Assembly (NCBI GenBank): GCA_047150005.1
Contig: AP038806.1
Span: 1,664,001 to 1,728,000, forward strand
Source of the DNA: Nitrospira sp.
GTDB taxonomy: Bacteria > Nitrospirota > Nitrospiria > Nitrospirales > Nitrospiraceae
Reading direction: 5' to 3'
DNA length: 64,000 nt
In this document: positions 1-8,816 of the stretch, piece by piece
Numbering within the stretch: position 1 is the first letter of the stretch
Layout of the letters: every line of letters starts with the position of its first letter
Position numbers and translations under genes: made by a program
The notes under the pieces: model-generated
Databases searched by the model: none
Seen by the model: the letters and a program-made list of their open reading frames with translations, nothing else
What the model was told of the DNA's origin: nothing

Positions 1-52
1 ATTCGGAGGCCGGTCCTAATCACCCGGGCCTTCACCAGCACTCGGGCGATAG

Positions 53-68
53 CGCAATAGCCGTGCCG
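53..68 (-). promoter_or_regulatory. sigma54 (-24/-12) promoter pointing out of the window to the left
   Basis: Minus strand CGGCACGGCTATTGCG = GG-N10-GC, a close match to TGGCACG-N4-TTGC. Confidence 0.7.
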
Positions 69-161
69 ATGCAGGGTCGCCGGTGCGGAATAAAAATATC
101 CGGAGAGACAAGGGCTTACGACCTTCGGTTCGGAGAGGTGAAGACACTGCGTCCTGCGTGC

Positions 162-244
162 GCTCCAGCTGTTTGGACAGTTTCATGAAGGTTTTAGACG
201 GCACGAGAGAAATCAGCGTCTTACGCTGTCCAATCTGTTGGACA
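162..244. promoter_or_regulatory. putative enhancer (bEBP) sites plus IHF-like site
   Basis: Palindrome TGTCCAA-tctg-TTGGACA at 227-244, degenerate copy at 162-179, and AATCAGcgtcTTA (WATCAR-N4-TTR) at 211-223, all upstream of the sigma54 promoter at 53-68. Confidence 0.55.
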
Positions 245-440
245 GGTCTGCGAGGAAATTGGCGCGTAATGGGGCAGCGGATCATGGAATCGACCGACGC
301 AGTCGAAGGCCGATCGCCCGAGTGCAACCGGCGGGTGCAACCGGATGGGGGCGAGGCGAGGCTCCGGCCCGAATCCCGATTGATTCAGTGCGCGTGGATG
401 CCGATGGAACGATCGATGATGAAGAAGCGGATAGCCTGAT

Positions 441-1808
441 CTACTCGATCTGATAGGTGCGCAGCTTTGTATACAGGCTGGCTCGGCTGATCTTGAGCAA
501 CCTGGCTGCTTTGACTCGATTGCCGCCGGCCTGCGCCAGAGCCTGAACGATACGCGCCTTCTCAGCCTCCTTCACGGCCTGGCGTGATACGGACCGGAGA
601 TCGTGCGCCGAACCGGATCCCATGGCGACGATGTCGGCGCAGGGCAACGCAGGGCCGGTCGTGGTGACGACCGCGCGTTCGACGTAATGCTGCAACTCGC
701 GCACATTGCCCGGCCACGTCGCCTCGCTCAGCGCCTGCAGGACCTCGGGGGAAATCGTGCGCGGTGGCTGACGGTGTCGTTCGCAGGCCGCCGCGAGGAA
801 CCGTGTGATCAGCAAAGGGATGTCCTCGCGGCGGTTGCGCAACGGCGGCAGAAACAAGGGCAAGACGGCCAGACGGTAGTAGAGGTCTTGCCGGAAGCCC
901 TTGGTCTTGACGAGTTCGGCGAGATCCTTGTTCGTGGCCGATATGACCCGCGCGTGGATCTTGATCCGCTCGGTGCCCCCGACCGGTCTGATTTCACCTT
1001 CTTGAAGGACGCGAAGCAGTTTGGCCTGAAACGTCGGCGTGGTGTCGCCGATCTCGTCGAGAAAGATGGTCCCGCCGTCGGCCGATTCGAACAACCCTCG
1101 TTTGTTCGCAGCGGCACCCGTGAAGGCCCCGCGGATGTGTCCGAACAACTCACTTTCCAGCAGGGTCTCCGGCAAGGATCCGCAATCTACGACGACGAAG
1201 GGCCGGTTCCGGCGCTCGCTCAATTCGTGAATGGTTCGCGCGACCAATTCCTTGCCGGTCCCGCTTTCTCCTTGGAGGAGCACGGTGGCGGAGCTGTCCG
1301 CCACCAGCGCGATCATGTCGAACAGCTCCTGCATCGCGGGGCTGCGCCCGACCAGACCGCACAGGGATTCCCGCGGTGTCATGGGTTCGGAGCCCTGGAT
1401 CGGCACCTGACGGACCGGTTCATGCTTGAACAACACCAGCATGGACGTCGTCTTCCCCTGGCCCGAGACGAGAGGAAAGAACTGACGCATCCCACAAGGG
1501 GTATCGTACTCTACGGGGGCACAAGCCATCGAAACATTCCTCGTCTCGATCGCGTGGAAGGCCGGACAGGCTTCGCAGGGCTCGCTCCGGCGGGCGAAGG
1601 CTTCATAACATTTTACGCCCTGCCGACCTTCCCCTGATGCGGTCGACCAGGCCGCGTCGTTGGCATAGATCACGTTGAAATGACGGTCCATAACGGCCAC
1701 GCGATCGGTCAGCCCTCCGGCGAGCAACTTGATAGCTTCTAGGCGGGCGTTCAGAACAAGGTCGGCAACAGCGGAATCACGGGTAACGTCTCGTGGAGAT
1801 CCGGCCAT
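441..1808 (-). CDS. sigma54-dependent transcriptional activator (PAS-like N-terminus, AAA+, Fis HTH)
   Basis: GESGTGKE Walker A, GAFTGA loop, FLDEIG, WPGNVREL, C-terminal GGNRVKAARLLKISRASLY; Cys-rich PAS-like N-terminus. Confidence 0.92.
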   Translation of the reverse strand: MAGSPRDVTRDSAVADLVLNARLEAIKLLAGGLTDRVAVMDRHFNVIYANDAAWSTASGEGRQGVKCYEAFARRSEPCEACPAFHAIETRNVSMACAPVEYDTPCGMRQFFPLVSGQGKTTSMLVLFKHEPVRQVPIQGSEPMTPRESLCGLVGRSPAMQELFDMIALVADSSATVLLQGESGTGKELVARTIHELSERRNRPFVVVDCGSLPETLLESELFGHIRGAFTGAAANKRGLFESADGGTIFLDEIGDTTPTFQAKLLRVLQEGEIRPVGGTERIKIHARVISATNKDLAELVKTKGFRQDLYYRLAVLPLFLPPLRNRREDIPLLITRFLAAACERHRQPPRTISPEVLQALSEATWPGNVRELQHYVERAVVTTTGPALPCADIVAMGSGSAHDLRSVSRQAVKEAEKARIVQALAQAGGNRVKAARLLKISRASLYTKLRTYQIE

Positions 1809-1821
1809 CTCGGTTGTCCCT

Positions 1822-2268
1822 CTATTGTTTGATATGTTGGGTGGTCCTGGTTCGCTCCGCGGTGGACTCGGGAGAAGCCTCGGGGCGTGATTCCCGCAGC
1901 TTGAGCAATAGCTGCTGGACGCAGGCTTTCAGCTCTCCGACTCTGACCGGCTTGTCAAAATAGACCGAGGCTCCCGCCGCGAGCACTGCGGCCTTGACGG
2001 CCGGGTCACCGAAGGCGGTCATCACGACGATGGGGCAGGCGGGCGCCACGGTACGCAGGCGGCTGATGTATTCCGCTCCTCCGGCCGGCATACGGAGGTC
2101 GGTGAGGATGAGGTCCGGCACAGCCTGCAGGACGGCCTGAAACGCCTCGTCTCCGTCGCGCGCCTCCCGAAGCTGGTAGCCGGCGCTCCAGAACTCGTCG
2201 CACAGTAGACTGCGCATTTCTCGGTCGTCCTCCACGATCAACACAACTTCAGTATGGCGATGAAGCAC
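1822..2268 (-). CDS. single-domain response regulator
   Basis: VLIVEDD...LTDLRMP...MTAFG...FDKP; GTG start at 2268 with AAGGAG RBS (ORF-track start too far upstream). Confidence 0.85.
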   Translation of the reverse strand: MLHRHTEVVLIVEDDREMRSLLCDEFWSAGYQLREARDGDEAFQAVLQAVPDLILTDLRMPAGGAEYISRLRTVAPACPIVVMTAFGDPAVKAAVLAAGASVYFDKPVRVGELKACVQQLLLKLRESRPEASPESTAERTRTTQHIKQ

Positions 2269-2319
2269 GATCGTCTCCTTTTCGATTCGCAAGGCCTGTC
2301 CGGGACGAAGGCTTGGACG

Positions 2320-2335
2320 AGCAAGGCACGTGCCG
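2320..2335 (-). promoter_or_regulatory. sigma54 promoter for the REC-bEBP pair
   Basis: Minus strand CGGCACGTGCCTTGCT, GG-N10-GC, ~50 bp upstream of the GTG start. Confidence 0.75.
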
Positions 2336-2477
2336 CCGCGAGACAGCAAGGGAAGGTCGCGATTTCCCGGTACTTCATCATCCGCGACGGAGAAGGGGCA
2401 GGACGACTGGCGAGAAAGACGACAGGGGGGTCTTCGGGCTCTGTTGCGAGATGCCCCAGGGCCTGTCGACCTCAACC

Positions 2478-4034
2478 TCAACCTTCTTGATGCATCGGCA
2501 ACAGAATCGTGAACGTGGTTCCCTTGCCCGGCTCACTCTGCACCGCAATGGATCCCTGATGCTCGTCGATGATGCCCTTCACGACCGTGAGGCCGAGGCC
2601 GGTGCCTTTTCCGAACTCCTTCGTCGTGAAGAACGGCTCGAACACCCGGCCGAGGATGTCGGGCGGTATGCCCTGGCCGGTATCGGCGACCGACAGCGCC
2701 ACCGCGTCGGTCCGTGGCTCAAGCCGGATCCGCAAGGTGCCCTCCTCCGGCATCGCGTGGAGCGCGTTCATGATGAGATTGATCAGCACCTGACTGATCT
2801 GGTCGGCATCGGCCGATACGGCGGGACAGATCGGGACGAGATCCAACTCCAGCGTGGTCCGGCTTTTCGCCAGTCGTTCGTGAAACATCTCGACGGTGTT
2901 GTCCACGACCGTCTTCAGGTCGACCGGACCGCGCATGGGCGGTTTCCGGCGCGTGAAGGCCAGGAGCTGATTCATGACTCTGGTGATCCGTTCAACTTGG
3001 ACGATGATCGTCTGCAGGCCTTTCTTGACCGATTCTTCCCGGACACGATCCATCAGATATTCCGCGCGGCCGAGGATGACGTTCATGGGCGTGCCGATCT
3101 CGTGCGCCATGCCGGACGCAAGGGTGCCGAGCTCGGCGATCCGTTCGGTCCGCCGGAGTTGCTCTTCCATGCGTCGGCGCTCCGTGAGATCGCGGAGAAT
3201 GACCGTGAAGAATCGCTTGCCCTCGACCGCGATTTGCGAGATCGAGGCTTCGACCGGAAACTCCTCCCCGTCGGCCTTGAGGCCTGTGACGGTCCCGAGC
3301 GCGCCCATTTTGCGCGCCGTCACTCCCGACCGCCCGAAGTTCTCGACATGATGCCGGTGCGCTTCCCGGAAGCGGGCGGGGATAAAGCGATCGAGCGGCT
3401 GTCCCAGGGCGTCCGCCTTTGGGCAGCCGAACATCCGCTCGGCCGCATGGTTGAACATGACCACGCACTGTTGGTCGTCCACCGTCAGGATGGCATCCAT
3501 CGCCGATTGAATGATGCCTTCCAGCCGGAGTTGCGTGATCAGGTAGCGCTCCTCCGCTTCTCGCCTGCCGGCAACCGCCCCCATCACGGCCGTCTCCGCA
3601 TAGGCTCGCGCTTCTTGCGCGGCCGTCAGCAACTCTTGCGCATCCGTGCGTTCGGCCTTCAGAGCCTCCAGAGCTTGGTGGCGTCCGGCCTCGGTCGCCT
3701 CAAGAGAGGATTGCGCGCGCTTGTGGTGGACCAAGAGCCAGGCGATCAACCAGAGCACGCCGGTGCCCAAGCCCCGGTTCACCAGGGCGTACGCAGGCGC
3801 GGCTTCGGGATTGACCGCCAAGTCTGCCCAGAGCAACCCCGTCGCGGCGGTGCAGACGACGAGCGGCGCACCCTCGCGGTCTGAGAAGAAGGTCAAGAGC
3901 AGCGGGATGATGTAGAGCACGGAGACGGCGATGCCGGTGGGAGCCAGGACGTCCGCGAGGAAAATACCGAGGGCCAGGAGGACGGGCACGGTCAGGGATA
4001 TGGGGCGGGATAACGGGCTGGCGGCGTCGTTCAT
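2478..4034 (-). CDS. membrane sensor histidine kinase (4TM, PAS, HisKA, HATPase)
   Basis: N-terminal hydrophobic helices; PAS (FNHAAERMFG); MAHEIGTP H-box; NLIMNA, DTGQG, FFTTK, GTGLGL. Confidence 0.92.
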   Translation of the reverse strand: MNDAASPLSRPISLTVPVLLALGIFLADVLAPTGIAVSVLYIIPLLLTFFSDREGAPLVVCTAATGLLWADLAVNPEAAPAYALVNRGLGTGVLWLIAWLLVHHKRAQSSLEATEAGRHQALEALKAERTDAQELLTAAQEARAYAETAVMGAVAGRREAEERYLITQLRLEGIIQSAMDAILTVDDQQCVVMFNHAAERMFGCPKADALGQPLDRFIPARFREAHRHHVENFGRSGVTARKMGALGTVTGLKADGEEFPVEASISQIAVEGKRFFTVILRDLTERRRMEEQLRRTERIAELGTLASGMAHEIGTPMNVILGRAEYLMDRVREESVKKGLQTIIVQVERITRVMNQLLAFTRRKPPMRGPVDLKTVVDNTVEMFHERLAKSRTTLELDLVPICPAVSADADQISQVLINLIMNALHAMPEEGTLRIRLEPRTDAVALSVADTGQGIPPDILGRVFEPFFTTKEFGKGTGLGLTVVKGIIDEHQGSIAVQSEPGKGTTFTILLPMHQEG

Positions 4035-4061
4035 ACGTCGATTCCAGGCGGAGCCTGCGTC

Positions 4062-5450
4062 TCACCCATCCGATTGCGCCGCCTGCCCCGTCCCCGCGAT
4101 TTCGTCGAGCTTGCGATAGAGGGTCTTGCGGTCGATGCCCAGCAGGTGCGCGGCCCGATACTTGTTGCCTCCCGTCTTTTCGAGGATCTTTCGGATATAT
4201 TCTTTTTCAACCTCGTGCAGCGGCAGGGTTTTTTCCGCCGCCTCATCAAGGACGCGGCGGTCGCCGCGCGAGCCCTGAATCGCCGCCGGCAGGTCGTCCG
4301 GCAGAATCTTGTCGCTCCGACTCAAGGTCACCGCCCGTTCGATCACATTCTCCAGTTCGCGGACGTTGCCCGGCCAGTCATAATCGATCAACATGGCCAA
4401 CGCGGATTCACCCACCCCTTTGACGCTCTTGCCGCGTGCCTCGCCGCACTTATTCAGAAAGGCCTCGACCAGCAGGGGAATGTCCTCCCGCCGATCCCGG
4501 AGTGGGGGCAGCTTCAACTCGATGACATTCAAGCGATAGTATAAGTCGTCGCGGAACCGCTTGGCCTTCACTTCTTCCGTGAGGTTCAGATTGGTTGCCG
4601 CGATCACGCGCACGTCGACGTCGACCGGCTTTGTGGCGCCGACTCTCCGGATCTCCTTTTCCTGAATGGCCCGGAGCAGCTTGGCTTGCAGCATCAACGG
4701 AAGCTCGCTGATTTCGTCCAGGAAGAGGGTTCCCCTCTGCGCCTCCTCAAACAGCCCCCGTTTGTCCATCTTGGCGTCGGTGAACGCGCCGCGGACATGG
4801 CCGAACAGCTCGCTCTCCAATAATTGATCCGGAATCGCCGCACAGTTGACCGGCACAAAGGACATCTCCTTCCGGTCGCTGTTATAGTGGATGGCTTTCG
4901 CAACGAGTTCCTTCCCGGTGCCGCTTTCCCCGGTGATCAGGATGTTGGTCGGGCTGTCCGCGACCCGTTTGATCAGGTCGAAGAGGGCCAGCATCGGTTT
5001 GCTCTTACCCAGGATCTGATGAAAACTGTATTCCTTGTGCACCTCTTTCCGGAGCCGGCCGACTTCCCGGCGCAGAGAGGCCTCGCGGATCACCCGTTCG
5101 ATCACCCGCAGCAGCTCGTCCTTCTTCACCGGTTTGGTGAGGTAATCGCTCGCCCCGTGCTTCATCGCCTCGACCGCCGTTTCCACCGATCCGAACGCCG
5201 TCATCAAGACGACCCCGATGTCCGGATAGAGACGCTTGATCTCGGTGAGGAGCTCCAGGCCCTCCACGCCTTTCATACGAAGATCGGTCAGCACCGCGGC
5301 GTATTCGGCCTCCTTTAATCGCGCCAAGGCCTCTGTGCCACCGGCCGCCGTCGTGACGTGATGTCCGCGGTCCTTCAACAAGTCGGAAATCGTCTCTCGC
5401 AAGTCCTGGTCGTCGTCCACGACGAGAACAGCTCCCCACTCTTCCGTCAT
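4062..5450 (-). CDS. NtrC/ZraR-family sigma54 response regulator
   Basis: REC (VLVVDDD, TDLRM), GESGTGKE, GAFTDA variant loop, HTH LGIDRKTLYRKL; start MTEEW at 5450. Confidence 0.92.
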   Translation of the reverse strand: MTEEWGAVLVVDDDQDLRETISDLLKDRGHHVTTAAGGTEALARLKEAEYAAVLTDLRMKGVEGLELLTEIKRLYPDIGVVLMTAFGSVETAVEAMKHGASDYLTKPVKKDELLRVIERVIREASLRREVGRLRKEVHKEYSFHQILGKSKPMLALFDLIKRVADSPTNILITGESGTGKELVAKAIHYNSDRKEMSFVPVNCAAIPDQLLESELFGHVRGAFTDAKMDKRGLFEEAQRGTLFLDEISELPLMLQAKLLRAIQEKEIRRVGATKPVDVDVRVIAATNLNLTEEVKAKRFRDDLYYRLNVIELKLPPLRDRREDIPLLVEAFLNKCGEARGKSVKGVGESALAMLIDYDWPGNVRELENVIERAVTLSRSDKILPDDLPAAIQGSRGDRRVLDEAAEKTLPLHEVEKEYIRKILEKTGGNKYRAAHLLGIDRKTLYRKLDEIAGTGQAAQSDG

Positions 5451-5619
5451 GAGTCGTCCCTTTTCAGCCGAATCGGACACAACGCCGCGCCGGCGCGCCG
5501 CATGCCAGAGAGGGTAAGTGCTGCCGTCGCCTTTTGCAACAGCCCGCACTGCTCCCGCGCCTCGCCCTGCGTCGAGTTCGGGCCCGAGCAGCTCCTCGGT
5601 CGATGCGGTTCGATGTTGG

Positions 5620-5636
5620 TGCAAGAGCAGGGCCAA
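5620..5636 (-). promoter_or_regulatory. sigma54 promoter upstream of the NtrC-like regulator/kinase operon
   Basis: Minus strand TTGGCCCTGCTCTTGCA, GG-N10-GC. Confidence 0.65.
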
Positions 5637-5691
5637 TCGCCGATGGGCGGGCAAAGGAAGGGGGCCGGACGGGAATCTTGAAGGCTCGGGA

Positions 5692-6522
5692 TCACGATCC
5701 GCGGGATATCTCGTGAACGTGTGGCGCATGGCCGGCCACGCCGGCATTGCGCGAAGCCGGCGAGAGGTCCAGGTCACGGATCAGCAACATGAGCATTTCT
5801 TCCACCTCGCCTTGATCATCCAGGTAGTAGCGCGCGCGCGAGCCGGCCTCCCGTCCGACGCGCACTCCCATGACCAGGCCCTCGGTCAGCGAAAACACTG
5901 TCTCGTCCGTTTCGTCGTCCCCGATGTAGAAGAGACCGTCACGACGGAGATGCGTCATCAGCGCCGAAGCCGCGGATCCCTTGCCGGCCTGGCCGGGTGG
6001 CAGGACGTTGATCGACTGCTTGCCCATGATCAGGGAGGGCGCAGGCGTCAATCGGTTGAGGATCTGGAGCACCTGAGCGCAGGCGGCGGCAGGGTCGGTT
6101 GCGCGGCGAAAGTGGATGGTGAGCGTGTAGCGCTTGTCCTCGATCTCGGCGCCCGCGGACGCCATCGAGCGCGCCGGTCCGTTCGCCATCTCGCGCCGCC
6201 ATTGCTCGCAGACGTCCTCCGCCCGCCGAAGGGTCTCCAGACTCGACAGGGGGCCCTCGATGCCGTGGTTGCCGATCAGGTGCGGAACCGAGCCGTTCAC
6301 GCGCGGCGTCAGGTCGGCCAGCGCCCGCCCGGAGATGATCGCACAGGCCGCGCGCTTGGCCAGTTCCGCCAGCCATCCGCCCGTCGCGCGGGGTAGGGTG
6401 ACGCCGTCCCGGTCGGCCGAGATGGGGGCGAGCGTGCCGTCGAAATCGAATGCATAGAGAAGCGGCCGTGCCGCCAGGCCGCCGAGCGCGCGTCGCCCCT
6501 CCTCCGACAGCAGATGGATCAT
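5692..6522 (-). CDS. otsB: trehalose-6-phosphate phosphatase
   Basis: HAD motif FDFDGTLAP, ISGR, GNHG, YIGDDETDE; ATGA overlap with otsA. Confidence 0.9.
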   Translation of the reverse strand: MIHLLSEEGRRALGGLAARPLLYAFDFDGTLAPISADRDGVTLPRATGGWLAELAKRAACAIISGRALADLTPRVNGSVPHLIGNHGIEGPLSSLETLRRAEDVCEQWRREMANGPARSMASAGAEIEDKRYTLTIHFRRATDPAAACAQVLQILNRLTPAPSLIMGKQSINVLPPGQAGKGSAASALMTHLRRDGLFYIGDDETDETVFSLTEGLVMGVRVGREAGSRARYYLDDQGEVEEMLMLLIRDLDLSPASRNAGVAGHAPHVHEISRGS

Positions 6523-8768
6523 GCTTGGCCTCTAGTGCTGGTTCGGATGTCGCGCGCGCCCGTTTGGCGGGCGACGCGGGCGCGCTGTCGCATGCGGGCG
6601 GCGTCCATCAGCATCCGGCCCGCCCAGCGATAGACGTTGAACTCCTGCACGATCCCGCGCATGCTGCGCATCCGCGCGCGCTGCTCGACCGGCGGCATCT
6701 TCAACGCGACATGCAACGCTGCGGCGCATTGATCGATGTTGTAGGGATTCACGACCAGCGCGTCCGGCAGCTCCGTCGCGGCGCCCGTGAATTGACTGAG
6801 GATCAACACGCCTTCTTCATCATCCCGCGCCGCCACGAATTCCTTGGCGACGAGATTCATCCCGTCGTGCAAGCTGCTGACGATGCAGAAGTCGGCGCCC
6901 CGGTAGTAGGTCGTCACTTCCTCCGGGTCATGGTGCTCGATCCGCAGATGGATCGGACGATAATCTTCCTGCCCGAACCGATGGTTGATGCGCTCCGCCG
7001 TGGCGACGACCTGCTCCGTCAACTGCCGGTACTCGTCGATCTTGGACCGGCTGGGCGCCGCGATCTGCACGAACGAGAACGAACCGATCCATTCGGGTTC
7101 CAGCTCTAACAGCCGTTCGATGGCGAGAAAGCGCTCCAGAATGCCTTTGGTGTAATCCAGGCGTTCGACCCCGACCCCCACCCGATGGCTGTGGGACAGG
7201 CCGTTGATGGCCCGGATGTGGGTTCGGCAGCTGGGGACCGACGGCTGCTCCGGCTGTCCCCGAGTCGGCCAGGCGATGGAGATGGGGTACTGTTTCACGG
7301 TGGTCAGCTTGCCGCCGTGCGAGATCGTGGAGCTGTCCCAATCGATTCTGGCCTCCAGGGAGCGGTCGACCGTATTGATGAAGTTGCTGCAATGAAAGCG
7401 GGTGTGGAAGCCCAGGATGCTGCTGCCGAGCAGGCCTTCGAGGATTTCACGGTGCCAGGGACAGATCGCGTAGCGCTCGGGATTCGGCCAGGGAATATGC
7501 CAGAAGGTGATGATGGTCGCATGGGGCAGATGATCGCGCACGACCTTCGGCACCAATGCGAGATGATAGTCCTGCACGAGTACGACCGGATTGTCCGTCT
7601 TGGCCTCTTCCAGCACCGCCATCGCGAAGCGCTCGTTGATTTCCTTGTACCGTTCCCAATCCGAGGTACGGAACACTGGGCGCACATGGGCGAGGTGGCA
7701 GAGGGGCCACAGACCTTCGTTGGCGAACCCATAGTAGTATCCGTCTTCTTCTTCCGGCGACAGCCAGATGCGCCGAATCTCATAAGCTGGATGCTCCGGA
7801 GGCACCCGCACATGGGCGCGGGCGTCGACCACTTCTCGGTCCGCGGTTCCGCTGCCATGCGCGATCCAGACGCCCGAACAGGCGCGCATCACTGGCTCCA
7901 GAGCGGTCACGACGCCGCTGGCCGGAACCTGCACCTCCATGTGCGGCCCATTCCACATGTGAATGTACGGCTGGCGGTTCGAAACGATCAGCACCTCGTC
8001 ACCGGCCAGGTGATCGTGGAGAATTGCCTTCAGTGTGGTCGGGGTCCAGCTCATCTGGCTTTCGTCGCGCATGCGCTTGTCGGCTTCAAGGTCATTGATC
8101 AGGGCGCGGAGATCTTGAGCCACCGGCTGCAGTTCCGAGTGGTGGTCTTGATTCTTGATGAGGGCGACCAGTCCTTCGCCCTGCAGCATCGATTGCACCC
8201 CGGACACCCAGCCGCGCCAGCTCAGGTGCGCGACCAGCACCGTCACCAGCGAGATCACCGCGCCGATGACCGCGAAGAGATAGAAGAGATACCACTTGGT
8301 ATCGGTGCTGCGTCGTTGCACCCAGCTCATGTCGTGCACGAGCATCAAGCGGCCCATCTGCCGCCCGTTGGCTTCGATGCCCACGGCGGACACGTGGACC
8401 GCGCCGTGAGGCAGCCGCAGCATGGCGGTCTGTTCCGCCTTGATCGTCCCGGGCCCGTCGCAGGGAATCGAATCGGGATACGTCAGGGTCTTATAGGCCA
8501 GGCGGTTGTCCCGGTCGCAGAAACCGACGGCGAAGAGCCGCTCGTCCTGGATGATGCGGTGCAGATAGTTCAACAGCTTGGTCTTGGAGTCGGAGGCCAG
8601 TAGATCCGCCAGCGGGGCTTCGACCATGCGACCGATGAGTTGGGATCGGATTTCCAGATCCCGCACGAACCATTTCAAGGTCAGGCTGTCGACCAGGGGA
8701 ATCACCGCATAGGCTAGACCGGCCAGGACGAGGGCGAGGGGAAAAAGAAATCGCAAGGATAAGCGCAT
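6519..8768 (-). CDS. otsA: trehalose-6-phosphate synthase (GT20) with N-terminal 2-TM/extracytoplasmic extension
   Basis: IVSNRQP, YYGFANEGLWPLCH, QDYHL, FWHIPWP, ERLDYTKGI, DGMNLVAKEF; first ~240 aa contain two TM helices. Confidence 0.9.
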   Translation of the reverse strand: MRLSLRFLFPLALVLAGLAYAVIPLVDSLTLKWFVRDLEIRSQLIGRMVEAPLADLLASDSKTKLLNYLHRIIQDERLFAVGFCDRDNRLAYKTLTYPDSIPCDGPGTIKAEQTAMLRLPHGAVHVSAVGIEANGRQMGRLMLVHDMSWVQRRSTDTKWYLFYLFAVIGAVISLVTVLVAHLSWRGWVSGVQSMLQGEGLVALIKNQDHHSELQPVAQDLRALINDLEADKRMRDESQMSWTPTTLKAILHDHLAGDEVLIVSNRQPYIHMWNGPHMEVQVPASGVVTALEPVMRACSGVWIAHGSGTADREVVDARAHVRVPPEHPAYEIRRIWLSPEEEDGYYYGFANEGLWPLCHLAHVRPVFRTSDWERYKEINERFAMAVLEEAKTDNPVVLVQDYHLALVPKVVRDHLPHATIITFWHIPWPNPERYAICPWHREILEGLLGSSILGFHTRFHCSNFINTVDRSLEARIDWDSSTISHGGKLTTVKQYPISIAWPTRGQPEQPSVPSCRTHIRAINGLSHSHRVGVGVERLDYTKGILERFLAIERLLELEPEWIGSFSFVQIAAPSRSKIDEYRQLTEQVVATAERINHRFGQEDYRPIHLRIEHHDPEEVTTYYRGADFCIVSSLHDGMNLVAKEFVAARDDEEGVLILSQFTGAATELPDALVVNPYNIDQCAAALHVALKMPPVEQRARMRSMRGIVQEFNVYRWAGRMLMDAARMRQRARVARQTGARDIRTSTRGQA

Positions 8769-8816
8769 TCGTCACCTCTCGTTTACTTCGGTCGGGAAAT
8801 CGCCTATGGTGGGGCA

